From Lama guanicoe (Eukaryota): a stretch of 63,715 bases of DNA. Positions 1-12,384 of this stretch are shown in pieces. The translations under genes were made by a program, and so were the position numbers. The notes under the pieces were generated by a model. The model was not told where the DNA came from and ran no database searches. It saw only the letters and a list, made by a program, of their open reading frames with translations. Location: NCBI GenBank assembly GCA_013239625.1, contig MU057343.1:10396825-10460539 (forward strand), in the 5' to 3' direction. How positions within the stretch are numbered: position 1 is the stretch's first letter; every line of letters starts with the position of its first letter.

Positions 1-393
1 CTCTAGTAGTTTTTGTGTGGACCTTTTAGGGTTTTCTATATATAGTAACATGTCATCAGCATATGGTGNNNNNNNNNNNNNNNNNNNNNNNNNNNNNNNN
101 NNNNNNNNNNNNNNNNNNNNNNNNNNNNNNNNNNNNNNNNNNNNNNNNNNNNNNNNNNNNNNNNNNNNNNNNNNNNNNNNNNNNNNNNNNNNNNNNNNNN
201 TTAGTGGGAAGCTTTTGAGTTTTTCACAGTTGAGTACTATGCTAGCTGTAGGTTTGTCATATATAGCTTTTATGATGTTGAGATATGTTCCCTCTCTACC
301 CACTTTGGTGAGAATTTTTACCATGAATGGGTGTTGAATTTTATCAAATGCTTTTTCTACATCTGTTGAGATGATCATGTGGTTTTTGTCCTT
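1..393 (-). mobile_element. LINE-1 ORF2 (RT region) fragment, relatively young, continues off the left edge; contains an N gap
   Basis: Antisense L1 RT-region sequence (gggtgttgaattttatcaaatgctttttct...gagatgatcatgtggtttttgtcctt). Confidence 0.85.
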
Positions 394-530
394 AAAAAGA
401 ACTTATACAACTTAATATTAAAAAAATGATTAAAAACAGGCAGAGGAGCTAAACAGACATTTTTTCAAAGAAAACGTACAGACACATGAGAAGATGCTTA
501 ACATCTCTGATCAACATGGAGATGAAAATT
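394..530 (+). mobile_element. Short LINE-1 ORF2 3' fragment in the opposite orientation
   Basis: aaagaacttatacaact...ctaaacagacattttttcaaagaaaacgtacagacacatgagaagatgc is L1 sense sequence. Confidence 0.7.
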
Positions 531-1380
531 GTCTTTTTATTCTTGAGTTGTAAGAGTTCTTTATATATTTGGATACAAGTCCCTTACATACATGGTTTGC
601 AAATATTTTCTCCCATTATATGGATTTTTCACTTATTTGATAGTCTTCTGAAGGAGAAACATTTTTAATTTTGATTAAGCTTAATTTACCTACTTTTTTC
701 TTTTGTCACATTCTTTTGATGTCATATCTAAGAAATTATTGCCTAAACCAAGTTTACAAAGATTTACTCTCTGTTTTCTTCTAAGAGTTTTGGAGTTTGG
801 GCTCTTATATTTAGGTCAGTGAATGATTTCTGTTTATAGAGTGAGGTTGGGGTTCAACTTTATCCATATGGACACTTAGTTGTCCCAGCACCATTTGTTT
901 GCTTTTTGTTTTTTGTTTTTTGTTTTTTTCCATCTCCATTCATTAAAAGACTCTTCTTTCTCCATTGAGTTGTCTTGACACTCTGTTCAAAAATCATTTG
1001 ACAGTAAGTATAAGGGTTTATTTCTGGATTCTCATTTCTGTTCGATTGATTTATATGTCTCTATTCTTAGCCAGTACCACACTGGCTTGATTATCATAGC
1101 TCTGAAGTTAAGTTTTGAAACTGGGACAAAAAGACTTATGAGTCCTCCAACTTTACTTTTCTTTTCAAGATTGTTTTGGCTAGTCTGTATCCCTTGCATT
1201 TCTTTCTGGATTTTAGGGTCAGCTTTTGTCAAATGGGTTTTTCTGCATCTATTGAGGTGATCATTTGGTTTTTGACCTTTATTCTATTAATAGGATGTGT
1301 TCCATTGATTGAATTTCACATGCCAAACCAACCTTACATCCCTGGGATAAATCTCACTTGGTCATGATGTGGTGTATAAA
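531..1380 (-). mobile_element. Older L1M-type ORF2 fragment with an internal deletion near 1230
   Basis: ORF 1032..1232(-) NLEKKSKVGGL...KPVWYW resembles L1 ORF2p [31 protein letters not shown]. Confidence 0.8.
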
Positions 1381-1381
1381 C

Positions 1382-2575
1382 TTTTTTTTAGTCTTCTTGT
1401 TTGTTTGTTTATATATATATTTAATTGAAGTGTAGTCAGTTTCCAGTGCTGTGTCAATTTCTGGTTTACAACATAATGTTTCAGACATACATATACATGC
1501 ATATATTCATTTCCATATTCTTTTTCATTATAGGTTCACTGCTATACAGAAGAAACTTGTTGTATATCTATTTTACATATCTGCAAATCTTGAACTCACA
1601 ATTCATTTTATAAGTTCATTTGTGTCTTTTTTTATTTTTTTAGATTCCACATTGAGTGATATCATATGATATTTTTCTTTCTCTTTCTGGCTTACTTCAC
1701 ATAGAATAACAATCTCCAGGTCCATCCACGTTGCTGCAAGTGGCATTTTATTCTTTTTTATGGCCTAGTAGTATTCCATTGTATAAATATACCACAATTT
1801 CTTTATCCAGTCATTTATTGATGGACTTTTAGGTTGCTTCCATGTCTTGGCTATTGTAAATAGTGCTGCTGTGAACATTGGGGTGCATGTGTCTTTTCAA
1901 ATTAGAGTTCTCTATGAATATATGCCCAGGAGTGGGATTGCTGGATCATATATGGTAACTCTGTTTTTAGTTTTTTGAGGAATCTCCATACTGTTTTCCA
2001 TGATGGTTGTACCAAAGTACATTTCCACCAACAGTGTAGGAGGGTTCCCTTTTCTCCACACCCTCTCCAGCATTTATTGTTTGTAGACTTTTGATGATGA
2101 CCATTCTTACTGGTGTGAGGTGATACCTCATTATAGTTTTGATTTGCGTTTCTCTGATATTTAGTGATATTGAGCATTTTTTCATGTGCCTATTGGCCAT
2201 TTGTATGTCTTCATTGAAGAATTGCTTGTTTAGGTCTTCTGACCATTTTTGAATTAGGTTTTGTTTTTTTTGTATTAAGTTGTATGAGCTCTTTATATAT
2301 TCTGGAAATTAAACCCTTGTCAGTCACATCATTTGAAAATATTTTCTCCCAGTCCATAGGTTGTTGTTTTGTTTTATGAGTTTCATTTTCTGTGCAAAAC
2401 TTGTAAGTTTAATTACATTCCATTTGTTTATTTGTGCTTTTATTTCTGTTGCCTGGATAGACTGCTAGAAGAACATTGCTGAGATTTCTGTCAGAAAATG
2501 TTTTTGACTATGTTTTCTTCTAGGAAAGTTACAGTGTCTCATCTTAGTTTAGGTCTTTAAGCCATTTGAGTTTAG
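1382..2575 (-). mobile_element. 5'-truncated camelid-type LINE-1 (ORF2 C-terminus, 3'UTR and T-rich tail)
   Basis: ORFs 1967..2200(-) and 1902..2177(-) give [10 protein letters not shown]...[10 protein letters not shown] and [19 protein letters not shown]...[12 protein letters not shown], the ORF2p Cys-rich domain, frameshifted; T-rich tail at about 1382-1420. Confidence 0.92.
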
Positions 2576-2660
2576 TGGGAGTATATATGGGAGCAGCCAC
2601 TATGGAAAATAGTATGGGAATTCCTCAAAAAGTAAAAGCTATCATTGTATCTACCCATAC
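2576..2660 (+). mobile_element. Small sense L1 ORF2 3' fragment
   Basis: gcagccactatggaaaatagtatgggaattcctcaaaaa. Confidence 0.6.
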
Positions 2661-3410
2661 AGTGAGTCCTGGAAAGAGTAGGCAAAGTAATCTCACCTTA
2701 CCTTCCAGCCTACTTCCTAGCCACAGTCTGCTAACAGACAACTGCACACACAATAGAGTTTTGGATATAATTATACAAAGCAGTTAATGCTTTCTGGAAA
2801 TCTTGTATTTCAAATTAGGATCTTGGCTTTATTTTTGTAGAACCAAAAGTTCTATTAAAGAGGTTTTCCAAAAACATGAATAATTATACCCCAAAAGTGA
2901 ATTCAAGCAACAACTGAATTTCTGAAACTCCATGTTATATTCAAGATTTCAAAGGTTCCAGGATCAATTTTTAAACTGGACTCAAGTCACAGTTCTTAAA
3001 CTTCCCCCAGTGCCAGTTGTCTCCTCAGCACAGGGCCCAGAGAGGGGGCACACTTGCCGATCTTACCCTCTCAGCACCCTCAGCATCTAGATTCTGTTTC
3101 TGGGACAGTGGCCTACACAGAAGGCCTCTGCTCTGCCCTGCCCCTGTTTTCCAGTTTGAATTTTCTCTCAATGAAGACCTACTAAAGCTATTTTCTTAGA
3201 AGTAATTTCTCATGGTTATGGATGCCTAAAACCATCTTTGAAGATCTTTTCTCCAACCTTCTGAAAGTATAGAAGCTCCTTGCCATTAGTTTAAAGTTTC
3301 TCACCTACTTGTGTCCCATTATAATATCATGGCTGATATTCTGAGGTGTTGCTCACATATTTTTTTTTCCTTTTAATAGTTCAAAAGTTTCTTTTAATAG
3401 TTTAGTATTC

Positions 3411-3782
3411 TGCTATGAATTGAATTGTGTCTCCTCAAAATTCACATGTTGAAACCCTAGACTGCAGTTTTATCTTTTGGAGGTGGGGCCTTGGGGAGGT
3501 AATTAGGGTTAGATAGGGTCATGAGGGTGGGCACCCATGATGGGATTAGCAGCTTTATAAGAAAAAGAAGATGAAGAGAGAGAGAGATCATTTTCTTTCC
3601 ATCATGTGAGCACAATGAGAAGTGTCTCCTGTCTGCAAACAGGAATTGGTTCCTCATTGAGAACTGGATTGGATGGCACCTGGATCTTGGTTTTCTCAGC
3701 CTCCAGAACTGTGGTAAATGTATGTTGTTTAAGCTATTCAATCTACAGTGTTTTGTTAAAGCAGCCTGAGCTGACTGAGATA
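3411..3782 (+). mobile_element. Solo ERVL-MaLR LTR, MLT1A-like
   Basis: Starts tgctatgaattgaattgtgtctcctcaaaattcacatgttgaa; ends gcagcctgagctgactgagata; internal cagcctccagaactgtg. Confidence 0.88.
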
Positions 3783-4554
3783 GCCTCCTAACTTTGAGTG
3801 AAAGTGTCTAGTTAATGTCAGTGGTCCTGATTTATGTGTGATGAGGATGGCAAATAGGTGGAAAGATTTGTTTGGAGGAAACAAGTAGAAGATTTTTAAG
3901 TTGTAGTGACCTAAACAATGTTAGATGTTCTTTGTGGATAGAAATACCCAGCTCATTTTAAAGTAGGCCAGAACAAGTGGGAAATTCTACCTACTTCAGA
4001 AACAATGTCTTACCTTTTCTTCTTCCTTCTCTCCCCTTCCCCACCCCCCCTCCTGACTATGTCTGTCTTTTTTCCATATACTCTCAGCATGACTTCCTAA
4101 AGGTACATTTTAAATGGTTGGGGTTATTTGAAAAAGTGTCTGAAGTTGTCCTCCCAGCTAAAGGAATTGTACTAGAAAGTAGAATAATTTGAAAGGGAGG
4201 AGTTTGTCTTTTTCATGCACCATAAAAAGCTTTCAGTTCTTTTAATAACTGAAAAGGATTATACTGCTGTTCGCATCTCTAAGAACTTCTGATAAAGTTC
4301 ATGTCGTAGTTGTAGTTTATTTCATGAACCGAGAGAACACAAACTTCTTTTTTTGAAGCTTCTGTCTCTCTCTGACACACTTCCTCTCTCATGGAGCATA
4401 CCGAATGCTGATGCATGGGTAATGCAAATTAACGTCTTCCGTTTATAACTTAATATAAAGGAAGAAATAAGAGCACAGACAGAGCCTGTACGCACTTCTG
4501 AGGACTTCTCGATCAGCAGTAATTGAGCTTCTGTCGTGTTTATGGCCCAGAGTA

Positions 4555-4735
4555 GTGGTATGAGAATTTAGAACCGAACTCACTCAGCAGCTGTGTGACC
4601 TTAGGCACGTTATTTAACCTCATGAACTTCAGATTCCTCTCAGGGAAAGGGAGCATAATGACACCTATTTTGCTGGGCTCTTGTGAGCATCCTGTGAGAG
4701 GATATTTAGCACACAGCTACATGGCATGGAGTAAT
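4555..4735 (+). mobile_element. MIR SINE
   Basis: MIR core gctgtgtgaccttaggcacgttatttaacctc...cttcagattcctc. Confidence 0.75.
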
Positions 4736-5329
4736 CCCTGTCTCCAGTAGCGGTAATTTGATTATGAGGCACCAAATCCCAGTCAAAATCACTGAAAGGC
4801 AAGTGGGATAATTCGTGGAACCGCAGGGGAGAAGTGCAGCCCAGACTCCAGAGGAGGCAGAGTCCTGCTCTCCCACCTGTTTCCGAGGCTCCCTGCTCTC
4901 GCACCGCTGTTGCTGTCTGCACTTCTGCTTCCCCTCCCCTCCCTCTGCTGGCAGGCCCTCTCAGCTCAGTTTCCACGTGGCCCAGACGTGGCCACCGTAG
5001 CTCCGGTTCACAGCATTCTCCAGGTGAAGAACCAGACAGAGCTTAGCTTGAAACCCTTGAATCTCTGCGGTCCACCTCCTGCAGTCATCTGTGCCCAGAG
5101 GGAGGGCCCTCTGGGCTGTTACCTGCTCAGCAGGGACAACAGGAAGAGAAGGAGGGGGACACATGGCAGATTCTGTGAGAAAATGGCTTGGGGTGAGGAG
5201 GAGATAATGGGAACCCCCAGGAAAGTCATTCAAGAAGCTTGAACTTTTATTCTCTTTGGAAGCTTACCTCCCAAGCATAAATCCCAGTTATGTCAGTTTT
5301 TGTCCTTGACTTGTGCGGTGTTTAACTGT

Positions 5330-5540
5330 AGACTTCTCCCTGCTTCTTGAAGCTCCTGTTTCATTCAGTTTCCACATAAATGCATGATCTTGGTTATTCT
5401 CCTACCTTTTTGATAGCTGCTGCTTCTTTTCTGGCCCCTCTTTCTCTTCCCCCTTAAATAATGAATACTTTCTGAGGTCATGTCATTGTGTCTGCTCTCT
5501 TTTCCCTAGTTGTCTGTCCCTTGGTGAACTCAACCACAGC
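5330..5540 (+). mobile_element. L2 fragment (RT region)
   Basis: Pyrimidine-rich L2-like ctccctgcttcttgaagc...ttctcctacct...ccttaaat...cccttggtgaactcaacc. Confidence 0.55.
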
Positions 5541-6074
5541 ATACTTGGAACACAGTTTTTGCCAAGTAAACTGGAGTCCACTTCATTTCTCTACTTTCTT
5601 ATATCTTTAATTTCGAAGTAGCAGCTGGCTTTTATTTCTTAAGAAATGACGTTATTACTATTTTTCTTACTTTACAGACTCTCTTTTTAATATTTGAGAC
5701 CTGGCAATATGCAATATTTTTTATATTTTATGTAGTTTGTATTTTATGGATTTTGTGAGAAGTTTTGAGGTGTGTGTGTTTGTGTGTGAGTCTCTGAAGT
5801 ATATAAAGAATATCTAGGAAAGCAGTGATTTGGTGTTTAGCACCTTGTGAGGGATCCTCAGTGCTGCTCCCAAAGTCCCTCAGGCAATTGTTCTCAGATA
5901 AACAGTTGTGTTGAATACTGTTTGGGAAACCTCTTTGACTGGTGCTGGATAATTATGTAAGGAGTTATAATAATCTGCTCATTGAGATAGATGTGATTGC
6001 TTGACATGAGAAGAGTTTGTAGTAATCACTCCATTTATGTGTATTTACCCCTAGGTAGGAAGACAAGTAGTAAA

Positions 6075-6076
<2 letters not shown>

Positions 6077-6109
<33 letters not shown>
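6077..6109. repeat. (TG)n microsatellite, about 16 units
   Basis: Direct reading. Confidence 0.97.
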
Positions 6110-6110
<1 letters not shown>

Positions 6111-6594
6111 GGTCTTTGGAAACTAAGCACTGCTGTGACAACTTTACCTCCAACTGTGTCGAAGGAGCAAATTTGGAGTAGGGACACGAGAAACTCGGCT
6201 CAGAAACCATCTTCCCATCCAGAACCACTGAGGCAACATAAACAGCCCTTTCCAGTCTGTGGCAGAGCAGAGACCAGGGGAGTCTGTAGCCCTTGGTGTC
6301 GGAAGAGACGGCTGTGTGGTCTCACAGCAAGCAAAGCCAGTCAGTGTGGCTCTGAAACGGCAGAGCCCACGGGGGGCGGCAAACAGGTAAGAAGGCAGCG
6401 CCGTGAGTCCCTGGCGCTGGAATAGCCGTGAGTTACTGCAGGGAGCTTGGAGCCCTAGTGCCTGCGAGGGCTAAAGGAAGTGTAGACCCCTAGAGCCCAG
6501 AAAGCGCGTACCACGGTGGGTGGGAGGGAATACATCTTCACACCCACCTGACCAGGGGGATTTTTAAAATAGTAACTTTGTGGCAGTGATAGTG

Positions 6595-7310
6595 CCAGTG
6601 TGGATAGTGTGTAAATCAGTACAATCGTGCAGGAAAGCGTTTGGCCATCTGTATCATAATCCTTATCTGATTCCATTACCTCTGATCCAGCTTCTAGGAA
6701 TCTATCCTAAGGAAATAACCAGAGATGTACACTAAGATCTCTCTGTCTGAAATGTATCACAGGTTTATCTGTAAAAGCAAAATAAGGAATTGTCAAGTAA
6801 ATTTTGTAGTCGTACAACAATTGATAATGCAATATTGAGAATCACAGTTTCATAGAATACTTACTGCATTGTTCTCATGCAGAGTTCTCATGATTTGGTG
6901 TTTGATCCAAAAGGTAGGGCATAAAACTGTATATAGAAGCTGTTCTTTTTATAGGCTTTCTGCTGAGTCTTTTGAGGATGTGAACTAAGCTACACAACAG
7001 GACAAAATGGTCTGACTTTACCCAACAACAACAGATGTTGTGCTAAGGAGTTTTGAACAAATGGATTTACATTTGAGAACCAAGCCTATTTTTAAGTAGA
7101 ATTGCTTCTATATGCAGAATGATTTTGATCTGTCTCTGCATGTATGCATAATGTATATAGCTACACTGGTATATATGTGAGAAAAAACAAACCAAAATAC
7201 TACCAGAAGTAGAATTACAAATAATTCTTGTTTTCTTTATAATTGTTATTTTCTTCATTATACTTTCCTAGATTTTTATATTTTTACAACAAACGTATAA
7301 TTTTATGTTT
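6595..7310 (+). mobile_element. Ancient L1ME-type 3' fragments
   Basis: cttctaggaatctatcctaaggaaataaccagagatgtac plus an AT-rich L1ME 3'UTR-like end at 7150-7310. Confidence 0.6.
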
Positions 7311-7604
7311 AGAATTAAATAAACTCTATAAAAATAGCAAAGGAATTGTGTATACGAAGAGCAGTACAAGAAGGGAGGCGCCATAATGTGGCCAATGGAA
7401 ACAGTCTTGCTTGAAATAGTGCCGTACACCAAGTAAAAAGACTGTTTGTTCGCTGGATCATGCAAATTCCTTTTCTACCTAAGTCGAGTAAGAGATGCAT
7501 TCACAGGTGGGAATACAGCTGGCCATTTAGTAAGAGTCCTCATGTCCACTCAGTTAGTAACCCTTTATTTAGTCAAGAAGACACCAGTGATACCAACACT
7601 GTTA

Positions 7605-7790
7605 ACAGGAACAGTCCATTAATAGGATGTGTTACGGTATCCAGACTCTGTGCAAAATACATTATTTGTATTATCTCATAATTTCCAAAAATTTTCTCTT
7701 ATGATCCCATTTTATGGATGAGGATATTTAGATCCACAGAGATTAAGTGATGTGCCCGAATTAAGCAGTGAGGAAATGGCAAGTTCTCCC
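7605..7790 (-). mobile_element. MIR SINE
   Basis: atcccattttatggatgagga...cacagagattaagtgatgtgccc. Confidence 0.75.
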
Positions 7791-8979
7791 AATGTCCCAA
7801 CCTTTGATATACTGGAAAATACTGACAATTTGGGAAGAAAGATGTTACATTGTGATATGTGGAATAATTGGCCACCCAAAGAGGATAGTTCAGTACTGGT
7901 TTAAAGAAAGAGAAAAAGAATATGAGTCCTCTGCTCTTTGGCAGACACACCTGGGGCCTTGGAAGTACTTGACAGCATCCATCAAGAAGTGGCCAGAGTA
8001 CTTCTTGAGTTTTGTGTGTAACTGTTGCTGAAGGCAGATAGACTGGTTAATCAATGGAGAATTACAGGGCGTTCTTTTTCTTCCCATTATTGGCAAACTC
8101 TGTACTTGGTTGAAAGACACTGCAGAACCAAGTGGTGAACAAGAAGGGATAACTTAGTTGAGGAATGAAAGCAGGATTTTAAGAAACTGCTGACGTTTAG
8201 GAAATGAAAGGGGCTGATAATAGCAATTAATGATTGTGAAATCTGGGCCTCTGCTGTGAGTCTTAAAACCAGTTCTAAAACAGAAGAGATTAAAATACCT
8301 ATTGATCTGCTGATGGGCCAAAGGTAAAGTTTAAAAGCAAAGCATTGACCAATATGTATTACTCTAATTAAACCCTTCTCTGCGAAGTGAATAAACACCA
8401 GCTGATAACTAGTATCTGTGAGTTCCTGAATTGATTCTGCAGTGAGCATACTTCAAAGATCCGGGCCATGTCCATCTGCAATCACCTTCAGAAAGGCTGT
8501 CTTGCTGCTGAGGGAGGCCGTAAGACGCTCAGAGTTCTCATGTGCAACTGATCCCCCTACTTACTTTACTAATGCAGCGGCTGTAATAGCAACAGGCTTT
8601 GAAGTGAAAGCTTTGCTTGAGTTCTGCGTTCATTAAAAACTACCACGCTTTCATAAAACCCAAGGACTCTAATGAGAAGGATTTCACATTAAGAAGGCAA
8701 CAAGAGCCCAGAATGCCCCGGCCTGTGCCCTCTTGCTTGCTTGCCTGGCACCGACTGAAGATGTGGACCATTTCTTTCAACTTTAAAGGTAGCACTCTGT
8801 AGAAGTGATAAGGACCTTGGAGAACTCTCCTGTTGACTTACATTTAGGTCAGTGTTTCCATTCTGCTGTTTATCTCATTTGTTTTTTCACATATGGCCGA
8901 TTAACACAGGTTTTGCAAGGATCCTAGGGGGCTGGGGAGCATAGTAATTAAGAACTACCATGGGAATTTAGAGTGTTGT

Positions 8980-10740
8980 AAAGGTGGTATTTCAAATTCG
9001 TGGGGAAAGATGAATTGTTTAATACATGACATTAGAATTACTGGCAGCCTTTTGGGAAAAAATAAAACTAGGTCACTTATACAGAAATAAATTCCATAAA
9101 ATAAAGGATTAAAATATTTAAAATGAAAACTAGAAATGTACTAGAAATATACATAGATGATTTATTTTTCATAATAGTGGTATAGAAATAGTGGTTCTAG
9201 GCACAACTCTAAACCTAAAATCTGTAACAAAGAATACTCATTAATTTGACTATGTATACACTTTAAATTTTATAGAGAAAAACATACCAGAAGCAATGTC
9301 AAAAGATAAACAGCAAACCACAGAAAAATATTTGTAACACGTATCAGAAAATAAGCTAATTTCTTTAACATTTAAAGAACTCTTTTTTCTTTCTATTTAT
9401 TTATTTTATTTTACAATATCATAGTTTTAAAATTGAAGTATAGTTGATGTACAGTATTACATGTTACAGGCATACAATATAATGACTCACAAATTTTAAA
9501 GGTTATACTCCATTTATAGTTTTTATAAAATATTGGCTATATTCCTCATGTTGTACAACACATACCTATAGCTTATTTTATACCTGATAGTTTGTACCTC
9601 GTAATCCTCCCACCTCCATCTTGCCCCTCCCCTCTCTCTATCCCCACTGGTACCACTAGTTCCTTCTCTACATCTGTGAGTCTGTTTCTTTTCTGTTATA
9701 TTCACTAGTTAGTTGTATTTTTTAAGATTCCACATGTAAGTGACATCTTACAGTATTTGTCTTTCTTTGACTTATTTCACTTAGCACAGTGCCCTCCAAG
9801 TCCATCGATACTGTACACCAGAAACTAATATGACATGTTTTTACTGCACATATTTTAAAAAAATTTACATATATGTACTGTTCATTGTTTCTGAGAATGT
9901 TTAGAGCTTTAGCTTTTTAAGCTTACATAGTTAAAGGAATAAAGCCAACCACACAATAAGAATTAATTCAAAAAGGTACATATACCCTGCTATTAATAGC
10001 AACATTATTTGTAATTGCCAAGACATGGAAGCATCCCAAGTGCTCATCAACAGATGAATAGATAAAGAAGATGCAGCAAATATATATGTACCGAAATACA
10101 ACTCACCCATAAGAAAGAAGGATATTTTGCCATTTGTGGCCCTTCATTCACTTTTTTTTTTCACTTCAAAAACCAGAACTTTATAACTGGCATAAACACT
10201 TCCATTGCATCAGAAACAACAAAATACCTAGAAATAAACTTAGCCAAGGAGGTTACCTATACTCTGAAAACCAACATTTAAAGAACTCTTACAAATCAGT
10301 ATGAAGAAGGTAAACACTCCAATAAAAAATGGACAGACATGGAGCATCAGTTCCCAGAAATAAATACAAGATTCACTGCAGCCTTATTTATAGCAGCCAA
10401 ATCCTAGAAATACAAGTTTTTCCATGACAGACTCATTAACTAAATATGATAACAGCTATTAGAAAGAATGAAGTGGAGTTACATATATTGATAATGGAAA
10501 GATGTTCATATGTTCAAAATAATAGTTTTAGGTTAAAAATAACCAGCAGGTTGCATAAGAATGTTTAGTATAATCGTGTTTATATGCAGAAATATAAGTC
10601 AGTCTGGAAGAATGTGCAAGTTATTGGTTAACTCTGAGGATTAGGACTGGAATATAAAAGGATAACTTTAGTTCTGTATTGTTTGAATTCTACATTGTAT
10701 TTTTTAAAATAATTTTAAGCACAATTAAGTAAATAAATAT
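8980..10740 (+). mobile_element. Ancient L1 (L1MC/ME-like) 3' part, split by a younger insertion at 9385-10272
   Basis: L1-like sequence either side (ggggaaagatgaattgtttaata...; aaagaactcttacaaatcagt...aaaaaatggacag) is continuous across the duplicated target. Confidence 0.7.
9385..10272 (-). mobile_element. Composite artiodactyl-type L1 insertion with T-rich tail and 18-bp TSD
   Basis: TSD aacatttaaagaactctt at 9367-9384 and 10273-10290; L1 3'UTR antisense at about 9430-9806; inverted L1 pieces at 9960-10140 and about 10203-10270. Confidence 0.85.
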
Positions 10741-10902
10741 GAAAGCAAATTGTAGTGAAGGCTCAAACAGATAACGAAAATGGGACATAAGGATGGATAC
10801 ATCATTCATTGAAAAAGAATAATCAACAAAGCTTAGTCCTGAATTGGTATAGGGTGAGGGGATTGTCCACTTGCATCCTGGGTCTCATATCATTCAACCA
10901 TC

Positions 10903-11372
10903 TGTGTCATTTTGGGCCATTTGGGAAGCAAGCACTGAGACAGAGTTGAGAGTACAAGAGGTGTATTGAGGAGTAGTGTGAGTAATGCCTGTGAAAGATC
11001 AAGGGAGAGGGAGTGGAACTGGGGAGGAAGCCTTCAGACGGTGGAGCTGATCTGACACCTATAGAAGGCGAAGAAGGGAAGAATTAGGCAGGGAGAGATT
11101 CAAAGCTCATGCAGACCAGACAGCGCCAATCCAACAAGGAGCTCTAGAGCAAAGACAGCGTTTAGAGGAGACCTGTTTCAGGCAGAGATGGCCAGATCCT
11201 TGTAGCCCCACCATGTTTAGCAGTTGGCTGGGGACTGCCCAGAGGAGCATGACACTGTTGAAGATCCCAAAGGTGCTACAGCCAGAGGCTCTTAGATCCA
11301 GCACTCCTTGCATCAGAACAGCAAGTTCTTTCTTGAAGGGAGAGCAGGTCCCCACCTCCTTGGCTGCCAGAG
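10903..11372 (-). mobile_element. ERVL LTR16-family LTR
   Basis: gggaagcaagcactgagacagagttgagagtacaagaggtgtattgagg...gcctgtgaaaga...ggagctctagagc matches the LTR16 antisense pattern. Confidence 0.7.
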
Positions 11373-11815
11373 TCCAGACCCACTTCATAGATGTTCAGGG
11401 AGTGCTCTTCCAGGTTGCCAGGGGGCCTCTCTTTTGGAGGGGAAACGTAGAAGGGGGAGGTTGGAAGGACAAACTACAGCCACTGTTGCTGCATTTGGTC
11501 TCAGAGCTGCCAGTGATACTCCCTTCTCCGCTGTCTATCCAAAATCCTCCTTGTCCTCAGCTATCACCTTAGCTGGTCCCAGTGATTTACCTGGTGACAT
11601 TACCCAAATTGTCATTCCTGAGGGGTTTGAGGCCCTGACAACCATACCTTTCTCAGGCCCTTGTGTATTCACTATCAGAACTGAGGAGGGAAGTGCCAGG
11701 ATGGGGATGCTGTTGGCCATGGGGGCAGGAGAATTTCACATTGCACGTGCCCCGTGCCCTCACAGCCCCCATCACTGTGAAATCATGTACATGCGTTGCC
11801 ACATGTCTTCTGGCT
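11373..11815 (-). mobile_element. ERVL internal fragment (ERV3-16A3/HERV16-like), 3' end of pol
   Basis: ORF 11535..11720(-) NPSGMTIWVMSPGKSLGPAKVIAEDK resembles the ERVL pol C-terminus DPSGMKVWVTPPGKxPRPAEVLAEGK; abuts the LTR16-type LTR. Confidence 0.78.
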
Positions 11816-12384
11816 AAGATCTATAAAACTCAAAAAGTTTGTAAACTTACAAACCCAAAGCCTTTTCTTTCGAGATTATTGACTATAAAATAACTGTGAA
11901 AAACAAAAAAATTGACTTTTCTGCTTGCAGTAACCCTCCTTCAGGCAATGCGCATCTCCAGAATTGCCTAAATGAGACGTTTCTCTGTGACAAGGAGGTG
12001 TTGGTGAAAAACGTACTATTTAATACTTCAAAAAGTTTGGAAAAAATTTTTAAAAATCGTTTTTAATGCTCTCGATTTTCCAATAAAGTTGAAGTCAGGC
12101 CGTTAGCAGACTGAGGGTGGGGAGAGAGTCTGGAGACTTGAGGAGAGGAGAGAAGACGTGGAATACTCATCTCAGAGGGGGAAGAATGCTTCTTAGACAG
12201 AGCCCGTCAGCTCAGCTGCGTGATTTTCTCCAGTGGTTGTTTAGGTGAAGACATGAGAATCGGTGGGTTCATTCTGGAATGAGGTGTCCCCTCCCAGATG
12301 CTAGGGAGACAGGAAAGGAAGTTGATGGTGCTTGTGAGGAGGTGTTTGTAATGAGGGGCCATAGCACCTGGTCTGGATAAGGAC

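Noticed and set aside
1902-2200. ORFs with clear protein similarity
   Set aside because: Frameshifted L1 ORF2p C-terminus of a truncated retrocopy, not a host gene
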